A stretch of 63,055 bases of DNA, counting the filler, from Kipferlia bialata (lineage: Eukaryota): the NCBI GenBank assembly GCA_003568945.1. It is 7 parts of 7 records of this genome, joined end to end, with 100 filler letters (N's around TTAATTAATTAA, not from the genome) between each part and the next. Parts side by side here need not be neighbours in the genome. Positions count along the whole stretch, not along the records: positions 1 to 10,159 come from BDIP01001485.1; positions 10,260 to 20,417 come from BDIP01001486.1; positions 20,518 to 30,675 come from BDIP01001487.1; 4 more parts are not named here. One strand, written 5' to 3'. Below are positions 1 through 23,800 of this stretch, piece by piece. The notes beneath the pieces are model-generated. The model had not been told where the DNA came from, did not search any database, and saw only the letters and a program-made list of their open reading frames with translations. Within the stretch, counting starts at the first letter, position 1. Each line of letters opens with the position of its first letter. The position numbers were made by a program, and so were the translations under genes.

Positions 1-123
1 CGGCCCTGTTGGGGCCCGGGCCCCCCCCCCCCCCCCGGCTCTCTCTATACATACACACCCACATATATGTATGCCCTTATATCAGCCTTATATATATATA
101 TATACCCTTATATCAGGCACCGT

Positions 124-9955
<9,832 letters not shown>

Positions 9956-10159
9956 TTGCATTAGGGGGCTAGAGGGAGGGAGGCTCACATACGCGGGTGT
10001 AGTGTAGTACTAGCACCTCAAGAGCATTCCCCAGGTCTCCAGGCGGTGTGGATGTGTATGTATGGGGTATTACATGCATCCAATCACTCGTGATAGCAGA
10101 GCTCCAATATGGGAGTCGGTCACAGAGAAAAACCAAGTACAATTATAGTATTATCTTGA

Positions 10160-10259
10160 NNNNNNNNNNNNNNNNNNNNNNNNNNNNNNNNNNNNNNNNN
10201 NNNTTAATTAATTAANNNNNNNNNNNNNNNNNNNNNNNNNNNNNNNNNNNNNNNNNNNN
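10160..10259. other. artificial contig spacer N44-TTAATTAATTAA-N44 (also at 20418-20517, 30676-30775, 40928-41027, 51167-51266, 61402-61501)
   Basis: Identical 100-bp linker with stops in all frames. Complete contig lengths between spacers fall monotonically: 10158, 10158, 10152, 10139, 10135. Confidence 0.99.
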
Positions 10260-10577
10260 AATTACCGGGTGGTGGGTCGTGTTTTAGATATTTAGGAAAA
10301 ACTTAACAGCCCTGGTCAGTGGTACCAGGTTCAAACAACTCAGACCCTTTCGAAAACTGAAAATCCGACCCAGCCTCGGCTCAGTGAGTCTCACTCTCTC
10401 TAGCATCAGTACACTGTGTGAGTGTATTGCTCTGTGGTGGTGACTGAGCGGTGGCTGTGTCGTGACTTCATTAAAGAGCGGCACACCCATAGGTTACAGC
10501 AAGTACCTCTAGACCAGAGCCTTGCTAGGTCCATCCGACCTCCATTCCATAGGGAGAGAGAGAGAGAGAGATCTCAG

Positions 10578-12486
10578 ATGAGTGACTCCAAGTACCAGAG
10601 GAGTCTGGCCCAGAGGCGAAATGAGACATCCAGACTCTCCCAGGAGACGCAGGTAGGGCTTGTCCCCCAAGGGGCAGCGACAGGGTGACCCACGTCCTCT
10701 CTCTCTCCCCCCCCCCCAACCTCTTTTCTCAATCCTTGATATATGTGCCCACCCCAGGAGCTAGAGATGCGCATGATGCTGTTGAAGAAGGCCGTGGCCA
10801 GGGAGTCAGGGAGGGAGGAGTCATCGGGGCCAAGGTGAGGGTCTGAAGGGAGCATTGGATATGGTACATCTGAGTGAGCTGTCGTACTCAATGTAGATAG
10901 TAGCAGTGCTTGGTTGTATCCAGAATACTCACTATGGTGGTGTGTATCCCCCCCCCCCTCCCCCTACCCCTAGCGACCCATTATCCCATCTTCCCCAACT
11001 GTCAAATGACTTTATATGGTTACTCTCTCTCATCTCTTCTTTCTTAACTCCCTTCCCCCCCGGTGGAAGTCCAGCTCACCCCCCTCATCTCTTCTAATGA
11101 CTATATATACGCCCTCCTCTCTCCCTTACTATATCTCTAACCCCCCAGGTGGAAGTCCAGCTCCAAGCCCGTCTCCCTGACCCAGACCCGCAGACACCTC
11201 AGCAGACGGTCCACAGACCCAGAGCGGGAGAGGGCTGGTGTGGGCAGTAGGGAGGGAGGGCGTGGTGGCAGGGCTGTCTCTGGCGACACCAGACGTAGCA
11301 GAGAGGCCTCCTCCCACCGGCCCTTCCCCCAGAGGAAGACAGTACCCAGGGTGCCAGGCTCAAGGGGTGGGGCCCGCCCCTCCTCCCGCCCCTCCTCCTC
11401 CACGCAGCTGAACCCGATGAGGGGGAGACCCGGCACGGGGGAGAGGGGGAGCAGCTCGACAGGGAGGCGGAGGGAGGCAGCCCCCGAGCCGATCCCCTCG
11501 TCCATCTTCACGAGTGACTGGCGCCCCCCTGTGCCCCTGCCCAATATAGGCAGGGCCATGGGGGGTGTGACGGCTGGGTCGGGGGTGGGGGCAGGGGGTA
11601 TGGGGCACAGCAGGGTGCAGAGCCCAGGCCGCACCCTCGGCATACCATCACACACAGCCACAGCCCTGTCGCCAAGGCCTAGCAGGCTGCCACGGTCAAG
11701 GTATGACATATATTGATACTATTGTGTGTATTATTATATCATATCTGTGTTGCTGATGCCAGGTCTGATACTGAGTGGGGCCACTCGCACTCAGGTGCCG
11801 GCCCAGCTGTCTCTAGGGGCAGTGCCGCCCTGGGTGACACTGTGGTGCCCATATCCAACTACCAGTACGAGCCACTCCCTGCCGCTGACCCCTATGCCAC
11901 ACACTCACAAGGAGTGGGTGTGGGGGTGGGCGGGTCTCCCCCCCAGTCTGCCTCTGTGTCTACTGCATACACTGGGTTCTTCACTGGGCCAGATACCTCT
12001 GCCACCTCTGGGAGTGTGTCCTGTGCGTGTGGGCCTGACTCCCCAGGGAGGGGTCCCTTCATGGGGGATACAGGGCAGGACGGGGGGATGGGTGTTGGCA
12101 CAGGCACAGGTACAGGGGTGGAGACAGGGGGAGGAAGAGCAGGTGTTGGTGTCAGCTGTGGGTGCAGCCCCATCCGGTCACCCCGCCCCCCCTCCCTCAC
12201 CCGTGCCTCTCACTCTGTGTCTATGGGGTGTGGCCCAGATGAGCCAGAGGGGGTGCTGGCCTATATCGACAAGGCACCTGGGGTGGAGACCAGCACTGCC
12301 CCTCCCCCTGCCATAGCACCCCCTGTGCTAGGGTCATACTACACCAGACTACTGGCATCGGTCATGTTCCCAGGGGGTGATTCAGACAGAGAGACAGAGA
12401 CAGCAGAGGAGAGACAGGCCAGACTAGAGGCAGAGGCAGAGAGGCTGGACATGGAGGAGGGGCTGCTGGACAAGGAGGAGATGTGA
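10578..12486 (+). CDS. hypothetical low-complexity protein, 4 exons (10578-10652, 10758-10834, 11149-11700, 11763-12486)
   Basis: GC-rich segments with canonical GT-AG junctions join in frame from MSDSKYQRSLAQRR to ...GLLDKEEM*. No recognisable domain. Confidence 0.7.
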
Positions 12487-13026
12487 TATATAGGTCTGAC
12501 CTTTGATAGATATAGTGGGAGTGGGATATAGTAGTACTCCTACTACCCGCACGGATTAGGTGTCTATATACATTAGATATGACCAGACACATCAATAAAC
12601 ATCTTCTGTACACTGGTCGTCAAGTGGGGCACTGACTAAGCATTGGTTGTTGACTACATATTCACGATTGCCTTCTTGTCATCAGAGACATATGGTCATT
12701 CTACGATTATCACTACTTCAAGCGTCATTTAACCAGGACTCATCGATCGTTCAAGATGCACCGATATTGAGATTTCACTATATACAGAGAATGGGCTGCC
12801 TATTTGAAGTGAGTGATGGTAATTTAGTAGCCAGAGCCCGTGCCTTTACAAGGAGTACTCTATGATTCCGTGATCTCCATCAGTGTGGCATATCTGTGTC
12901 ATTTTGAGAGGGACGAAATAGATATATCTCACGACCCCATTCCACCCCTTCAACGAACTTTTTTTGACCTCTGCCAGCAAGTCACCTCGGGCCTGTTCAA
13001 GCACTTCTGGATCCCCTTGTACCTAT

Positions 13027-15988
13027 ATGGATGGGTCTAGTGCTCTGCCAAGCAATAGGTCTAAACATGGTACGCCACCGTTCCCGTTGAGGCCATTTCC
13101 TACTGTGCCTTCCGCTGGAGATGGTCTTCCCCTCGGTTTCGTCTCCCCAGAGTCCAAGCTACCCCGGATGTCAACGCTAGACAAGATGTTGAGTCCAGTT
13201 ACAGAGATGTCCTTGAGCCCATCGGGTCTGCACAACTATGAGCCGAAGTGTGTGTTCAAGCCACTTCTTCCTGGGGTTCCAATCCCACCCATGCAGCTAC
13301 AGGTCCGCAAGACACACAGGCCCGGCAAGTTTGAGTATGCTGGAGAGACCTTTCGCACCGTGGGGGGAAGGTAGGGCTCTGTTGGCAACATACATATCTT
13401 TCAGTCTTGGATCTGACCCCAATGGTATATATATCCCCCATTTGCTAGGCAATCAATTAGCTTAGCGCACCTCTGACTCACCCCAGTGGAGACTTCCACT
13501 TCCCGCTGTCTTTCTACCTTCCACAGGTCCGCCGGCCCAAGAAATCCAGGAGTCAGCTGGTGTCTCCGGTTGTCCTTCCATCAGTGCAACCCCCACTGGA
13601 GCCAGGTAGGCGCATATGTACACATATACACACCCAATTTCCCCAAAATTGACAGTTTGTAGTGCATATCTCTGTGCGTGCCCCCCCCCCCCCTCTAAGC
13701 CTCTGATCACTAGGCATCCTGACCTGTGCCCCCCCCATGCGCTCCATGTCCCCAGCTGTCAATCCCATACCCGGGGCCAAGTACCTCCACTCCCCAGCCA
13801 CATGCCCTGACCCGGCGGACACGCGGCCCAGGGTGCAGGCTCAGATAGGTATGACTCTCTGTGTGTGAATATGGTCTCATCAGTGTGTTGTTGTTGGGGG
13901 TCAGTTCAATGCCTGTTTATGTCTCTCACCCCCCAGGTGAATATCCGGTCAAGGCCAGGATACTACTGCTGCGTGACTACTATGAGAGGAGGGGACACTG
14001 TGTGTGGGATGGGATGGAGGCTCCTAAGGGGTCAAACTCCGCCAGGTACTGCGCAATCACATACCTAGGATAGATCTCTCTTCTATATGTCTAGTGCTAC
14101 CGCTCTCTTTAGACAGTCTCTCTATTTCGGTGCTCGGACCCCCCCCCCCTCTCTCTCCTGCCTCTCACCCCCAGGAAACCCCGAAGCAAGACCTCCACCC
14201 ATGCCGGAGACACCCCCAGTATCAGCGAGGCCACGCCCTCCCAGCCCCGCCGCCTCACCTACTCTGGGGTTGCCCAGTCCCCTCTAGTGGGTGCCTCCAT
14301 AGCATCACCCAGTGTACCCAAGGCAGGGGGGGCATACACCAGTCAGAGTCAGAGCCAGAGCCAGTGTAGCTCCCTCCCCTCCCCCTCCCTCCCCCGTGTC
14401 GAGGCACCCATTCCCCCTGCCCTCCCCGGCAGTGTGTGGGCCCACCCCTACCAGCACTCCCTGGACAGGTCAGAGGCAGAGGATGGGTTGGAGAGGGTAT
14501 CTGCAGCAGGGGTGGATGAGTTCATGGCGGGGTACATCGGGGACCCTCTCCCCACCCCACAGTCACTGAAACAGGTACAGGCACCCAGTAAGAGGGGATC
14601 TGCTATGTTCGAGCGTGTGCCCTCCAAGCCTCCCAGCTTTGGGTCCATCCCTGAGGGCCAGGCTGCCCCCGACACCCCTCTCCCCCTGCCCCTATCCGCT
14701 GTGTCCATAGGTGATGCAGCGGTGCTGGAGAGCCCCAGGAGGGCCAGACGGATGAGCCGGGACAGCACCAACAGCGCCTCCTCCTACGAGGCCCCCTCTC
14801 TCCCCGGCCCCCCCTTCGATATGGGCTGGGTGCAGGGGGTAGGGACGGGGGGGTTCGTACCGGGGCCCTTCATGCCAGACTTTGTCCCGGGCCCAGTACC
14901 CGACCCCCCTCTGTCCCACCCACAGCCATTACCTGAGGCCAGGGCCAAGGTGGAGCCTGGGTGCGGGATAGGCATCAACATCTTCCCGACCCCCGAGAAG
15001 ATTGAGAGGGAGAGGGAGAGGGATGTGGCGAGTGTGCGGCCTATGGATGAGAGACAGGAGGAGAGGGCCAGAGCCAGACTAGCAGGGCACAGGGCCAAGG
15101 ACAAGGCCCGGGCCAGGGAGAGAGAGAGAGAGGGCAGGGGGGCAGAGGCAGAGAGGGAGAGAGAGGAGGGGGGGAGGGGCACCATGGTCAGGGCAGGGTC
15201 CAGTGTAGGTGGCAACTTCTACCTGGGCAGGAAGGGACACAGGGCCAGCTACATCAACAAGGTCGGCGTGCCGCAGCAGCGGAGACCAGGTGCTGTGTTT
15301 GGGGAGGGCACTGAGAACCCGTTCTTCTTTGACAGGAGGGACAGGGAGGAGAAGAGACTGGACGCCATCAGAGAGGGGGCAGGGGGTGATGTGGATATGG
15401 ACGAAATGCTGGGTGCAGGGAGGAAGTACAGGGAGGTTGCCCTGTCCCAGGCAGGTGATGACAACATGTCGCAGCTGGGCGAGGTGTCCGAGGAGGTATC
15501 GTGGAGTGGCAGTGAGGCGATGGGCTCTGAGTATGGCCTCAACACCTATGACGATGAGAGGATGGCCAAGACATTGAGTGAGCTGGAGATATCCAAGACC
15601 AGCCACCTCACCTCCCATGCTGAGCCCCCCATCAGTCCTTTGGACACTGTGCTGGAGAGGAAGCCATCTAGGCTCTCCTTTGAGAACCTGCAGGACTTCT
15701 GCCGCATGTCGTCCCCCCAGGCCACTCTCTCTCCCCTGCAGGTGTACACTGGCCCCCCCGAGGTTGACCCAGCCGTCAGGGAGGAGATGAGTCCCTCAGA
15801 GTTCCAGCTGGAGTGGAAGAAGCGGATGAAGTCCCTCTCTGTCTCTGCCGTGAGTGAGCACAGCGACCTCGAGAGTGACAGGCGCTCAGAGTACTCGCAG
15901 CTGAGTGAGAGGGCAGGGCCCAAGTACCAGCAGGGCCTGGGCAGCCTCGGGTTCACCCCCATGGACACCATCACAGAGGGGCCAGAGT

Positions 15989-15990
<2 letters not shown>
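13027..15990 (+). CDS. hypothetical Pro/Ser-rich protein, 5 exons with a long terminal exon
   Basis: MDGSSALP... exon splices in frame through three internal exons into the 567-aa ORF ending TGA at 15990. No recognisable domain. Confidence 0.7.
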
Positions 15991-16038
<48 letters not shown>

Positions 16039-16438
16039 TCCCCCCCTTCGCATCCTCTTAGGCCGTTCCTTTGTATAGCTTGTGGTCTCTGTACACTATA
16101 GTAGTGTGCGTGGGAGTGCTTGGCCCGGGTCAGTTTGACCTGGTCCCCACTCCTATGCACGTGTGCAGGGCCCGTTTTCGTACCGATTTCTTTTGTGTAT
16201 TACGTACTATGTGTGTGCTTCCTGCTGATCTACCTGTGTTTGCACCGATAGCACATCGTTCTGAGTCTACCGTTGGTCTCAATGTATCCATTGTATTATA
16301 GTAAATGAAGCGTGAACAACACAGTGCACTTACTCATCCATCTATTCTGCATGAGTCCATATTCAAGCATCAAAGTAACAGGTAAACACTCAACGACAAC
16401 AACACAACAACACATCCAATTAGCAAAGGGTGCCCTCT

Positions 16439-19371
16439 CTATATCCTGAGCCTGGCTGCCATCCCCTCCCTGCCTATACCCGGTGATGTCTGGGTGGTGC
16501 TGAGGGGGTGGGTGGGGGTGGCCTTGGGGGAGAGGTGGGGGGTCCCTACTGGAGAGGGGCCATTGGCAGCCTCCAGAGAGGCAGAGAGGGGGGCGGGGGA
16601 GGGAGCCATGGAAGCCCTGGGGGTGAGTGGGATTGAGAGAGTTACATATACTGATATGTATATATATACCTTCGACTTTCGTCGTACTGTAGTGCATCGG
16701 ATACACTGTGTCTGCTAGTTGGGACGCCAAGGTGGGAGGCGATTGCCTTCTGGCACCTAGGCGGTCAGAGGACGTACTTGTGTATAGTACACACATACAT
16801 ACATATATATATATATATACCTGAATGCAAATGCAGCTGGTGCCTCCTCTGGCAGGGGTGACATGACAGGGAGGAAGGAGACCTGCACACGGTTGTACAC
16901 CTGGGTCATCATCTGGGGGTGAGAGGGAGGTATAGAGGGAGAGGTAGATTAGCATTCACACATACATACACAAATTAAGACACTGTTATGATTATGCTCC
17001 ATGCACACCTTGAACAGGTAGCACATATATATATATATTATAGAATGTACATATTATGATCCTTATCGGTACCTTGAACAGGTAGAATGTGACGTTCTGG
17101 GATGTCTGGCTGGCATTGTAGAACCGGTGGGGGTAGGAGATGGCCACGGGCTGGGGGTGAGACAAATAGACACCATTGATAGATACTCTTTAGAGTATTA
17201 TTAGAATATATATGTGTACATATATGTGGGGGGGGGTAGGAGATGGTCACGGGCTGGGGATCAATCTTGTATAATACTTGATTGGTACAGAGAATTTAGT
17301 ACATCTATATAGAGAGAGAGTACATATATATGTGTGGGGGTAGGAGATGGTCACGGGCTGGGGTGAGACATGGTACACGTTGAGATAGATACTTTAGTAT
17401 ACATTCAATACATATACGCAAATACTGTGGGGGTAGGAGATGACCACGGGCTGGGGATCAGTTGGATATATCAACCAATGTATATACATATACATACCTG
17501 GACTGGTCCGTTTCTGAATGCCCCGCTCTTGAACCTGGCTATGCAGCTGCCATTAGTGGCATGGCCCTGGGGTGAGGCACGTGGTATATATATGTATGTA
17601 TATACACATATACATAAACATATGTATATACAAACTATGCATACCTCTGGGAAGACTGAGACTGGGCATGCAGGCAGCCTCCCGTACCCCGACCCGTCCT
17701 TGACACAGTTCCTGGCCTCAAGGAGCTGGGCAGCCGCAATGCAACTGCCCCTGGGGTGAGAGAGTGAGGTAGAGAGCAAGTATGTACCTCTATTCACGAA
17801 TAAATATATGCACACATACTTAAAGAGAGAGAGACAGAGAGGAAGTAGCACCTGTCGTCTCTGTGGACTGTGATGCAGTTGTTGGAGCCGCATATCCCCC
17901 CTATGAGGGGTGAGTTTCTGACCGTGTCTGCCACCACAAAGGAGTGGATGGACAGGGCATTGCACACCTGGGATTATGGATGTGCACATATACGTGCATA
18001 TTCATATATATATACACATACCACCAGGTCCAGCCATGAGACATGGTTCATGACACAGGGGATGACGGCATCGGCAGAGGGCAGGGGGGTGGTCACCCTA
18101 ACAGTTAGCTACCTATGTGCACATATATAGATGTAGAAGGCAATGTATATATACATAAATATAGTGGCATTGACTGAGGAGAGGGGGGTCGTCACTCTGA
18201 GTGTGAGATGAATTAGTAAACATGATATGAGTATATAGATGCTATATATACATATATAGGGTAGGTATCGGCAGAGGGCAGGGGGGTCGTCACCCTGAGG
18301 GTTAGTACAGTAGAGAGAAAGAGAGAGAGAGAGAGAATGGGTGGGGGAGGGGCCATAAGGGGAAGCGGTGATCACCCTAATATATGGATAGCAGAGAGAG
18401 AGAGTTCCTCACCTGAGTCTCATGAACCCGAGGCAGTAGAGCAGGATCCTGGCACATCTCTTGGACGTGGCGTTGAGGGCAGCTCTTCTCCTGGGGTCCA
18501 TGGGGTCAGCGACCTACGGGATGAGGCTAAGGACTTACGCATTGTATATTAACATGCGAACAGTGGTATATATATGATACTTGTATCCTGGGGTCAGCGA
18601 TCTACAGGGTGAGGGGAGTGATATCAGAGAGAGTGGTAATCACATCATATACGAACATATATATGGAAACTCATGTATGACCTGGGGACCATCAAAGATG
18701 CGTGTAAATGACTGGGTACATTATAAGGTACAGTATAGAGAATGAGGCACAACATGTACCTGGGGTGCAGTGGAGAGGCCTCTGTTGTAGAAGACACCAG
18801 CCAGGCGCCAGTATATTAGGGTGAACCACAGGACGAGCATGCGGACAGGCCCTGTGGGAAGAGTATGGGGAATTGAGATAACACCATGACAGCAGTGTAG
18901 TGAAGAGAGAGAGAGAGTGACAGGGAAGCGTTTGGACCAGATCTAAACGTCACTCGGTGAAAGATGTGAGTACCAATCAATCAATCACGTACATAGCAGG
19001 GACCAGAACCCAACCTTGACCATCTCCCCTGGGTGTTAGAGGGAGTGTAGAGCATGAGGATGGAGACAATACAGGAAGTGATGGGTTTAAGGATTGACTA
19101 ACCGTATAAGACAGATACTTGATGGAGAAGATATAAAAATAGGTTATGGGGATCCCTATGCTCTCAACACATACAGGTCTTCTAATGGTGAATATAGAAT
19201 TCACGTACATGGGTGTGCAAAGGAGTGAGGGTGCTTCTTGCCTAGAAAGGCGTGTAGTTGGTCCTGCTTGGGGTCGATATCGAAGCCTATCCCCTCAAGA
19301 TCCTCGGAGAGCGACAGCCTCTCTGCTCGAGCAAGCGGGTGCGCATTATCTGTTGCTTGGGGGTTACTCAT
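16439..19371 (-). CDS. lysophospholipid acyltransferase (LPCAT/LPEAT-like, PlsC domain), multi-exon
   Basis: Minus-strand exons give PWEMVKVGFWSLLWPVRMLVLW (TM), VMNHVSWLDLV (HxxxxD motif), VSVFPEGHATNGSCIARFKSGAF..PVQPVAISYP and VSFLPVMSP. Stop TAG at 16439-16441. Confidence 0.85.
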
Positions 19372-19596
19372 CTCTTGGTATCGATGGCAACTGATTGTGG
19401 AAAGGAGCGAGACACTCCTGCGAACCTGGAAATCGATACCCTGCAAACTCGAATGACGTGACAGCAAAAACAGCAAAGGGTGCAGTTAGACTGAACCCTT
19501 TTACGTTTTTTGTAGAATTGATCGACCAAGCGAACTGATGGACAACAAAGTCAATGCATGTGATCGTCCACACTCCCTCTCTTAACACCCACTAAG
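19372..19596. promoter_or_regulatory. short divergent intergenic region between the acyltransferase and iscU genes (candidate bidirectional promoter)
   Basis: The inferred start codons of two head-to-head genes are only 225 bp apart, and the region has no microsatellites. Confidence 0.5.
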
Positions 19597-20055
19597 ATGC
19601 TGTCTCTCATATCCACCATCCGCGGTGCTGTTAGCACGTCTCTGACTGGCTCTGCCTTCTCTGGCGCCGCCCGTGCCTTCTCGCTTGTCCCTGACGAGCC
19701 GACCTCCTACTCTGGGTATGCCGACATCGTGGATGAGCACTACTCCAACCCCCGCAATGTGGGAACCCTCGACGCCGAGGACGACGACGTGGGCACTGGC
19801 CTTGTCGGCGCCCCTGCCTGCGGAGACGTGATGCGCCTGCAGATCAGGGTGGACGACGATGGCAACATCAGCGACGTCAAGTTCAAGACCTTTGGGTGCG
19901 GTGCTGCCGTTGCCTCGTCCTCCTATGCCACGGAGCTGATCTCTGGGGGCAGTCTGGAGGACGCCATGGCTGTTAAGAACACCGACATTGCCGAGCAGCT
20001 GGCCCTGCCGCCTGTCAAGATGCACTGCTCCATGCTGGCCGAGGAGGCCATTCAG
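19597..20055 (+). CDS. iscU: Fe-S cluster scaffold IscU/Isu with an N-terminal organellar presequence; last exon not seen before the contig end
   Basis: HYSNPRNVG, GAPACGDVMRLQI, FKTFGCG and LPPVKMHCSMLAEEAI: all three Cys and the LPPVK motif are present. Donor GT at 20056. Confidence 0.96.
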
Positions 20056-20368
20056 GTACCATATATATATGTGTGTGTATGTGTATATGCAGGGTATATG
20101 TTATTTATACACTGATCCATGCTGGCCGAGGAGGCTATTCAGGTACGGTGATATGCATGTGTATTGGTGTATATATGTGTATAGTCTGTCGCTATTGTAT
20201 GGTAATGACATATGCTATTAGACTTCTGGAACCCTGCTCCACATTGTTATTATGTAATGTACAACATTGTCTCTTCTTCCCTGGCGCTGGGTTCCTCTGT
20301 CCTCCCCTATATATTCTCTTCCTGTCCCACCCCCAATACATATATTTGTGTGTGTTTGTGCATGGATA

Positions 20369-20417
<49 letters not shown>

Positions 20418-20605
20418 NNNNNNNNNNNNNNNNNNNNNNNNNNNNNNNNNNNNNNNNNNNNTTAATTAATTAANNNNNNNNNNNNNNNNNNNNNNNNNNN
20501 NNNNNNNNNNNNNNNNNTCCCCCATAAAAGTTTGTATAACCCCCCCCCCCCCCCAATCTCCTCTCTCTATGTATATACATGTATATGCATGTATATCTAA
20601 CCCAG

Positions 20606-20809
20606 CTCCAGCCTGATGGTTCTGTACGTGCACCCCTGGCATTGAGGAGTGACCACTGTGTAGTCAAGATTAGGTATATACACAGTCAGAATCTCTCTCA
20701 CTCTCTCTCCATCGATATCTTCTTACTGTAGGGCGCATACCCACTATGGGTCAAGAGTGTGTACTCTTTATGGCGCACCTGTCATATTCTCTATCCCTCC
20801 CTCTATTTA

Positions 20810-20842
<33 letters not shown>

Positions 20843-23800
20843 CCTTATCTATAGATCCCCTACCCATAGGGGACTAGAGTGCACTCTCTATGCTGCCCCT
20901 CACATCTTCTCTCACTCTCTCTCTCTTCCTATATGTCTTCTGAATGCAGGGCCCACACCCATAGAGGCCTAGAATGCACTCTCTATGCTGCCCCTGTCAA
21001 TGACAATGGTACCCTTATACCAAGAGAGGGAGATGAGATAGGTTAGTACTATAGAGAGACATATATGTTTGCACTTATCTTACTCTCAGGCAGGCTCATA
21101 TCACACTACCAGCAGCTGAACCCTGATCTCACGGAGTGCCAGGTATATTTACCTGTATTATACACTAATCGTTACCAACACATACATGAAGTCACTGAAC
21201 TATTGAAAGGTAGTGTATACATCTAGATCTATATATCCCTGATCTCACGGAGTATCAGGTACTTATTTCCATATTGAATTACATATGTTCTTTCTCACAC
21301 CAAGATGTCAGTGTAATTTGCAACTCTCCCACGCTGCCCTGACATGCAGTCTGATATAGATATCGTATAGATAGACATGTATATTGGATTGAATATGTAC
21401 TGTTTTGTTGACGTCAGATGTCAATATATAGGTGCCACCCCCTAGACTGCCCCGACATGCTGCCTGATACTATATACATATAAACATATATACTATACTA
21501 TATATACCATATACATATTTTATTGAATGTGTAGTTCTCGATTAACGTCAGATGTCTATAGAAGGTGCCACCCTCCTAGACTGCCCCGACATGCTGCCTG
21601 ATACTATATACATATAAACATATTTACTATACTATATATATCCTTATTTATATGTATCAATGTATTGCCTACTCATACCAGATGTGCATTGAGGGTGCCA
21701 CCCTCCTAGACTGCCCCGATATGCTGCCTGATACATCTCTCTCTCTCTCTCCATACTTATATATAAATAGGTGTCACTACATTTCAGAAACTCATACCAG
21801 ATGTCTATAGAAGGTGCCACCCTACTGGACTGTCCCGATATGCTGTCTGGGTACCTACTCTCTGTCATCACACTGGCAGAGGGGGGGAGACCTATACCAG
21901 TATTAAACCCACATGCACTGGTATGTCTATACTATTAGTGCAATACCATATTCTCTATCCACTCTCTGTCATCACACTGACCGAGGGGGGGAGACCAATA
22001 CCCATATTGAGTCCACATACACTGGTACCATATGTGTTCATATATATACTGCTTTCTCTCATTGGATCAAGGCATTTGACACTTGTCTCACTCCTTGGTT
22101 CATTTATAGACTAGCTGTTATAGGATCAAATACACTTGTCTGACTCCTAGGTCAATGTATCCACACTCTCAGGGTGTGTCTATTGCCCAATGAAGAACGC
22201 GCTAGGTACGTTGGATGTTCATATATATATGTTGAGAGTGGTATGTATATATAGGTGTTACTCTCTGACCCCCAGACACCTATGTGTGTTCATATATATA
22301 TATATACATTTCAATGTCTGACCCCTCAGACAATAACTGTTCTTATGTATTGCTATTAGGTGTATATGTTCATTTTCTGACCCCCAGACACCTATGTGTG
22401 TGAGCCAGAGGGCATGAACTCACTGATGGACAAGGTATGTTGTATTTATCTTTGAGCACTCCTTTATACGGGACTGGTGTAGATGCTTACACTCTTATCA
22501 TAAGGGCACTATTCTTCACGGCGCCATCCAGGAGATTCCTAGCATTCAGTGCATATCAGTTACACACATACATATACAATAGTATTCAGATAGTATTTAG
22601 TTGTATTCTTACAATAGGGCACTATACTGCATGGTGCCATCCAGGAGATACTGGCCAAGAGACCAGAACACACAGGGGCAGCACTAGCCATGTACAGACA
22701 GGTACTGATAACACATCGACATTGACATGTATATGTATACTCAGATGTGATCACTTTAACATCGTCTGAATATATCACGCGTGGGCAGTACTAGCAGTGT
22801 ACATACAGGTAAGAGTTCTTTACATCCCCATAATGTCAGTCGTAACTCTTCCAATTATTTGTATATTATTGTGTCTAACCCCTCAGAACATCCTTCGTGA
22901 GGTGACTGCCAGACTGGACAGCATGGCATACAGCCTGGACCTGGCAGGTAACGATATTGTATATGTATATATATATTAGAGTATTACTATATATCAACAT
23001 TATTGGTCCTATGAGCTGACTATTCAGGACATCATGGCATACAGCCTTGACTTAGCAGGCACGTGATATATATCGTACATAGAGTAATCGTATACTCATC
23101 ATACAATGATCCAAAGTCTAGTGTCTACGACATACTGGACAGCATGGCATACAGCCTGGAGATGGTAGTTAATTATACAGTATGGAGACAATATATCACA
23201 TATAGATACCTCTTTTGAATTATAGTGTGAGTGTATGTCCACAGCCTATCCTTGTACATAGTGTTATGCTGTATTATACATGCAATTTTATATTATATAT
23301 GTTATACTATATTAGACTGACTCATCAGGTGACACCCCCCACCCCAACATTGTATTTATCCAATTATCCACCTCTCATATATCTTGTACTGACTGATCAG
23401 GTGACACCCCCCACCCCAAGCCAGACAGTGCCCTGGCCATGCACAAGTCACTCATGAAGGTATATATACATATATATATATATATACCCAACACACATAC
23501 ACACACATGTATATATACATATATATATTCCATGTATATATATACATGTATATATTCCATGTATATATATACATATATATATTCCATGTAAATATATTGC
23601 CCTGGCCAGGCACAAGTCACTCATGAAGGTATGGGGGATATGCGTGTGTACTCAATATATCACTATTCCATCGCAGTTAGTTGGATATACCACATGGTAT
23701 AGAACACTGTGTTCTCACCTGTAGGACATGGGCAACGTGGTCTCTCTCTCTGCCTCTCTCCTCGGTACATCCTCCCCTATTGTAGCACCTGTACCCGTGT

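Noticed and set aside
10204..10215. TTAATTAATTAA palindrome recurring every ~10.2 kb
   Set aside because: Artificial linker embedded in N runs between concatenated contigs.
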